Positions 59,561 to 64,000 of a stretch of DNA of 64,000 nt are shown here, piece after piece. A model generated the notes under the pieces. The model was not told the DNA's origin, searched no databases, and saw nothing but the letters and a program-made list of their open reading frames with translations. Made by a program: the position numbers and the translations under genes. The stretch is from Camelus dromedarius (Eukaryota), in NCBI RefSeq assembly GCF_036321535.1, contig NC_087437.1, positions 50,718,001 through 50,782,000 on the forward strand. The letters run 5' to 3'. Position 1 is the stretch's first letter; each line of letters begins with the position of its first letter.

Positions 59561-61074
59561 ACCAAAAATGTATTAGAAACTCTTCTGGAGCAGTATAGTT
59601 TTATCTTATTTACTTTTTGTTTTTCATTTTTCAGTAGAGATATAATTTACATAAGTAAAATAGATTTTAAGAGTATAATTCAATTAGGTTTGACAAATGT
59701 ATACACACACATAATAGCAACATAGAGAATGTTTCCTCAGAAAGTTCCCTGAGCCTCTTTCCAGTCTCCACTACCTCCATCCCTAACAGCAGCCACTGTT
59801 TTAATTTTCTCTCACAAAGATTAGTTTTGCCTCTTCTTGAACCTTATATAAAAAGAATCAGAGTGTATATATTCTTTAGTGACTAGCTTCTTTCTTTCAA
59901 GATAATATTTTTGAGATGTATCCATGTTGCTGTACATAACAGTACTTCACTTCTTTTTATTTAATGATAGTCTTTGTTTAATATTATGTTTAATGTCTAT
60001 GTTTAATGTTTAATGTTATTCTTTTACATGAGTATACCACAATTTCTTTATTCATCTATTGTTGGATATTTCTTGTATGTCTTTTTGTGGACATGTGTTT
60101 TCATTTCTCTTGGGTGGGTTATGAGGCAGGTGTACGTTTATAAGAAACTGCCCACTGTTTCCACTGTAGTTGTATTATATCTTACCACTTTTGATGGCTG
60201 CAAAGTATTTAATTGATTGGTAGACCACACTTTATTTAACCAGCCGCTTGTTGTTGGACATTAAGTTTTCCCCAATCATTTACTATTACATTTGGTAATG
60301 AAAATCATTATATGTGTAGCTTTGTGCCCATGTGTGAGGTATCTGTATAATAACTTTAATAGGTAGGTTGTAGAGTGTGTACATTTTAATATTTGATAAA
60401 TACTGTCAATTAGCCCTTCGTATTGGTCATTACCAACTTCATTCCTATCAGCATAGTATGAAAATGCCTGTTTGCCCCCACATCTCTGTCAGAGTTACAG
60501 GTAAAATTTTTAACCTCGTCATTTTAATTTATTTTCCTTTTGCAAGTATCACAATGTTGGTGTTTATTTGTACTCTGTAGTTGCCTATATTTGTCATGTG
60601 CACATTTTAGATTCTTATTTTCCTTTACCCATACTATGACAATTTCTCTTTCTTTTTCAATCTCTTTCTTCAGTATTTGACACCACCTTTTATATAACAC
60701 CACTGCATTTATATTGCTCTAGTACCCCTTTACCCAAGTCGCTCCTCAACTCAAAAACCTGCACCGGATCCCCACTGCCTATTGAATAAAATCCAGAGTC
60801 TTCATCCTTACACCTAAGACCTATTCCATGTTTCCTACCTTTTCTTCCAAAAGATGATCCTGTATGTACTTCCAACAAGAATGGAGCTCCCTCACAGACC
60901 TCACATAAAGTGCATACTTCTGCTTCCAAGCCCTTGCACATACTGTTCCCTCTGCCCAGAATGCCCCTCTCCCTCTCTGTCTGAGGAGTCCCACCTTCCT
61001 TATAAACCCAGCTCACACGCCGTCTTCTCTACATGCCCTAAGTAAATGCAGACAAGATGAAGGGTCATGCTTAC

Positions 61075-61194
61075 CGGCACTTTCATTTTAAATTCATCTC
61101 GATAGAACTTAATGCCAATGTCAGTGAATGTTCTCTGGATAAAGCAAGATGGACGAAGAATGAATATGAGCTGCAAGTTTCCTGGAAATGCTAC
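61075..61194 (-). CDS. MCF2L2: MCF2L2 coding exon 5 (120 nt), Sec14/CRAL-TRIO-like region
   Basis: tttcag|GTA GCA...GTG CCG|gtaagc; VAFPGNLQLIFILRPSCFIQRTFTDIGIKFYRDEFKMKVP. Confidence 0.95.
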
Positions 61195-62953
61195 CTGAAA
61201 GGATCATAAAAAGTGTCAGGGCAAATGTCACAATTGTTAGTCTCCTCTTGCCCAAGATTACAGATGACAAAATTAAGGTGGACACCATGGATGGCAAAGA
61301 ATGAGAACATATTTCACAGGAATTCAGAGCTGAAGGAGATCTTACTAGTTATATAATTCAAACCCCTCCTTAAAAACCAAACCAAATACATAATTTTCCT
61401 GATGATAAAAATAATTTATACTCCTTATAGAAAAATTGAGAAATTAATAAAAGTATACATTAGAAAAAGAAAATCACTCATAATTTCATAGCTGTTCTTA
61501 ATATTTTAGTCTAATTACTTCTAGGCTATTCTCTCTGCTTAAATATCTTTATCATAGTTAAACTCATACTGTAGAAATATTTTGGAAACTACCTTTTCAC
61601 TTAATATTATACCATGAGCTTTTATTTCTGTTATTAAAAATTCTTTGGAAATAATTTTATGAGTGTACAATTTATTTAACCAATCCCTTATTGCTAGTGA
61701 TTTAGGCTTCTCCATATTTTTATTACTATAAAATAGCACTTAAATTAAATCTTTATCCACATTTTGGAACATTTCCTTAGGATAACTTCCTAGAAGAACT
61801 ACTGAGTCAAAGACTTAGTATTTTAAGAATTCTTAATGCATGTTATTCCTAAGTTGCTTTCAGGAAGCATTGCTTTCATCTTGATCCAGAGAAGATTCTG
61901 AGAAATGAGATAACATAGATTGATATAACAACTTACTGGCAAAATTGGGAATCCAAATCTCCTATTGCTTATGGCTTTCCATTCTTCCAGTAGTTCCCAG
62001 GAACAACCTCCTGACGTGCTTGTTAAAAAATAATCTGGTCTTTACCCTGAAACATTCTGATTCATTGGGACTGGGATAAAGCCCAGATATCTGTACTTTA
62101 AACAAGCTCATGAAAAGATTCTGATGGCAGTCAGGCTTTTGGATCCCTGCACTACAACATCTTTTACACATGTAGGGGATCGATGTAATTCTTGGACAAA
62201 TTAGGCTCAAGCATTAGATGACTCAAGTATCGTCTATGAACCCTGGGAAACCAGAATTCTCTAGAGGCCAGACCTATGGAATAGTCATGGGCACTGTCAG
62301 GACATCAACCATCATTGTAGTTATGCCCCAGATAAATACCATAACCAAAACTAAACCACAGGGACAAAACAATCCATGCACAAAGAGAAGGGAGTCTTCC
62401 TTTCCCTCATCTTTGAAATGCAAGCTCCTAAACAGAAGACCCTTGCATTTTGTTATGTCATGACGGAACCAATGACCTGAGACACTATTTGTGTATTTGG
62501 ATGAGGCTTCAAAGCGATCTGAGAGACACTCTGTAGGTGTCCATGTCCATATGTGTGAGTGCTTCTGTAAGTAGGCAGAACTGAGGTTTCAAATGTCCCT
62601 CTTCCATCCTAGCCTCTACATGACCACCCTACCCTATCCTATCTCCTTCAGCCAGTGCAAACTGCTCCAGGGAGCCATGCTTTTGTGGATAGGCTGGTGT
62701 GGCTGGCCCTGAGGTGTCTCTGCCTGATCATGTGGCTGAGTTCCCTGGTCTCAGGTCCCTACAGAGAAAGGATGGATGTACTTGCTGAAAGGCAACAAAT
62801 AGGGGTCAAAATCAGACTATAAGATGAAAAAGGAAATCCATCCAAGGTTGCACAATTTAATGCCAAAAGCAAGCACACACCATATCATTTTGTCTGGTTT
62901 TGCCAATGTCTTTCTAATATGTGAAAAAATAATTTGAATATGAAAATGAAGAC

Positions 62954-63388
62954 TGTCTTAAATTGGGTGATGCCCAAAGCAAACCTGAAGATGAGGATTA
63001 CTGAAGAGGTGATCCTAGGAAACACAGTTAGGGAGTAGGGGGATGCTGATGAGACAGTGATGGCTAGAGAGTCAATGTGTCAATGAAGGGGGACTGCTAT
63101 AGGCAACAAGGGCTGGGACCCTTGGAGATACTGTGTGGAACATAGCTCAGAATTGTCCTGCTGAGAGGTGCAGAAGTAGGGGTATTTATCCACCAACTCC
63201 TATACTCAGTAGTTTCAGGTCACTCCTGAAGTGCTGATTTCCCAGCACCCTCTCCCTGCTCCTCTCCAGTGACCAGAGAGGTCAATAAGGTAGAGAGACT
63301 CAGGAAGCCTTTGTCATGCTCAGGAATCTTCCGCAAGTGACCTTTAGGTGGCAGAGGGGCTATGGATGTGACGCAACAGCCTCTGCTA
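62954..63388. mobile_element. ERVL solo LTR (LTR41/LTR33-related)
   Basis: TGTCTTAAATTGGG...GAGGTGATCCTAGGAAACAC...GGGGTATTTATCCACCAACTCC...CTACA. Confidence 0.55.
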
Positions 63389-63507
63389 CAAAGACCTTAA
63401 CAAAATTTGGCATACAATAACTGCCATGTCCCCGTGACTTTGATGTGAAATATTGAATAGACAATTTAAATTACCTTTATAGTAATAGCACAAAAATAAA
63501 TATTTAC

Positions 63508-63598
63508 AGCTATTCGTGTCAAGGATGCTTTTATGGAGCTCCACTTGTCCCTTCGTCTGTCGATAACAATGATGAATCCGATGCTGGCAGCCTCCACA
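63508..63598 (-). CDS. MCF2L2: MCF2L2 coding exon 4 (91 nt); upstream exons lie beyond the window
   Basis: ttgcag|T GTG GAG...ATA GCT|gtaaat; (S)VEAASIGFIIVIDRRRDKWSSIKASLTRIA. Confidence 0.95.
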
Positions 63599-64000
63599 CT
63601 GCAATAAAGGGTGGTCAGGGTCAGAGACAGTGAAATACATAGGTTCTGTGTGGCTTCCTAAGCAGAAAGATTCTACTGTCTCCATGTTACTCCAGGCTTG
63701 CAGTGTAAATACCATGCACAGTGTGAGGGGATAACCGGGCCTGACTTCCCTGACAAAGGAACCAGCTTCCTCTCCTCATCTTAGCCAGGCAGCCTCAACA
63801 AAGCAGAAATATTTGGTGTCTCAAACCTTTCCAGGGTTCTGCTTCTGGCTGGCAACTGTAGGAAACACCAGTCAAGCACTACATGTCCCATTGTAAGCAG
63901 GGGACCTCGAGGTTGAGCTCGGCCATCTTTCCACTCCCAAGACTGACATTCAGGGAGCTAGCAACATCCTTCCCTAGGACTCAGTAGTAGAGGTGCTTGG

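Overview
Mammalian genomic DNA, probably camelid (alpaca/llama/camel), judged from two vic-1-type tRNA-derived SINEs and young lineage-specific L1 3' ends. The minus strand carries 12 consecutive coding exons of MCF2L2, a Dbl-family RhoGEF (exons 4-15 in recalled human numbering; Sec14/CRAL-TRIO-like and spectrin-repeat region). All have GT-AG boundaries and their phases chain into one open frame. The plus strand begins with the 3' end of the B3GNT5 CDS and its ~2.4 kb 3' UTR, nested antisense in MCF2L2 intron 15. The rest is intronic and rich in L1, L2, MIR, LTR and DNA-transposon remnants; family names come from recalled consensus sequences, not a search. No wholly new gene system is supported. 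The best leads are: (1) a ~95%-identical ~97-bp inverted repeat bracketing in-frame exon 6, whose four core mismatches are all G-U pairs in the MCF2L2 pre-mRNA and whose left arm appears templated into a MER20; (2) a candidate MCF2L2 alternative terminal exon antisense inside the B3GNT5 3' UTR with an altered acceptor; (3) ~1.3 kb of unrelated DNA trapped between two MER2 right ends; (4) an inverted pair of young L1s around exons 9-13.
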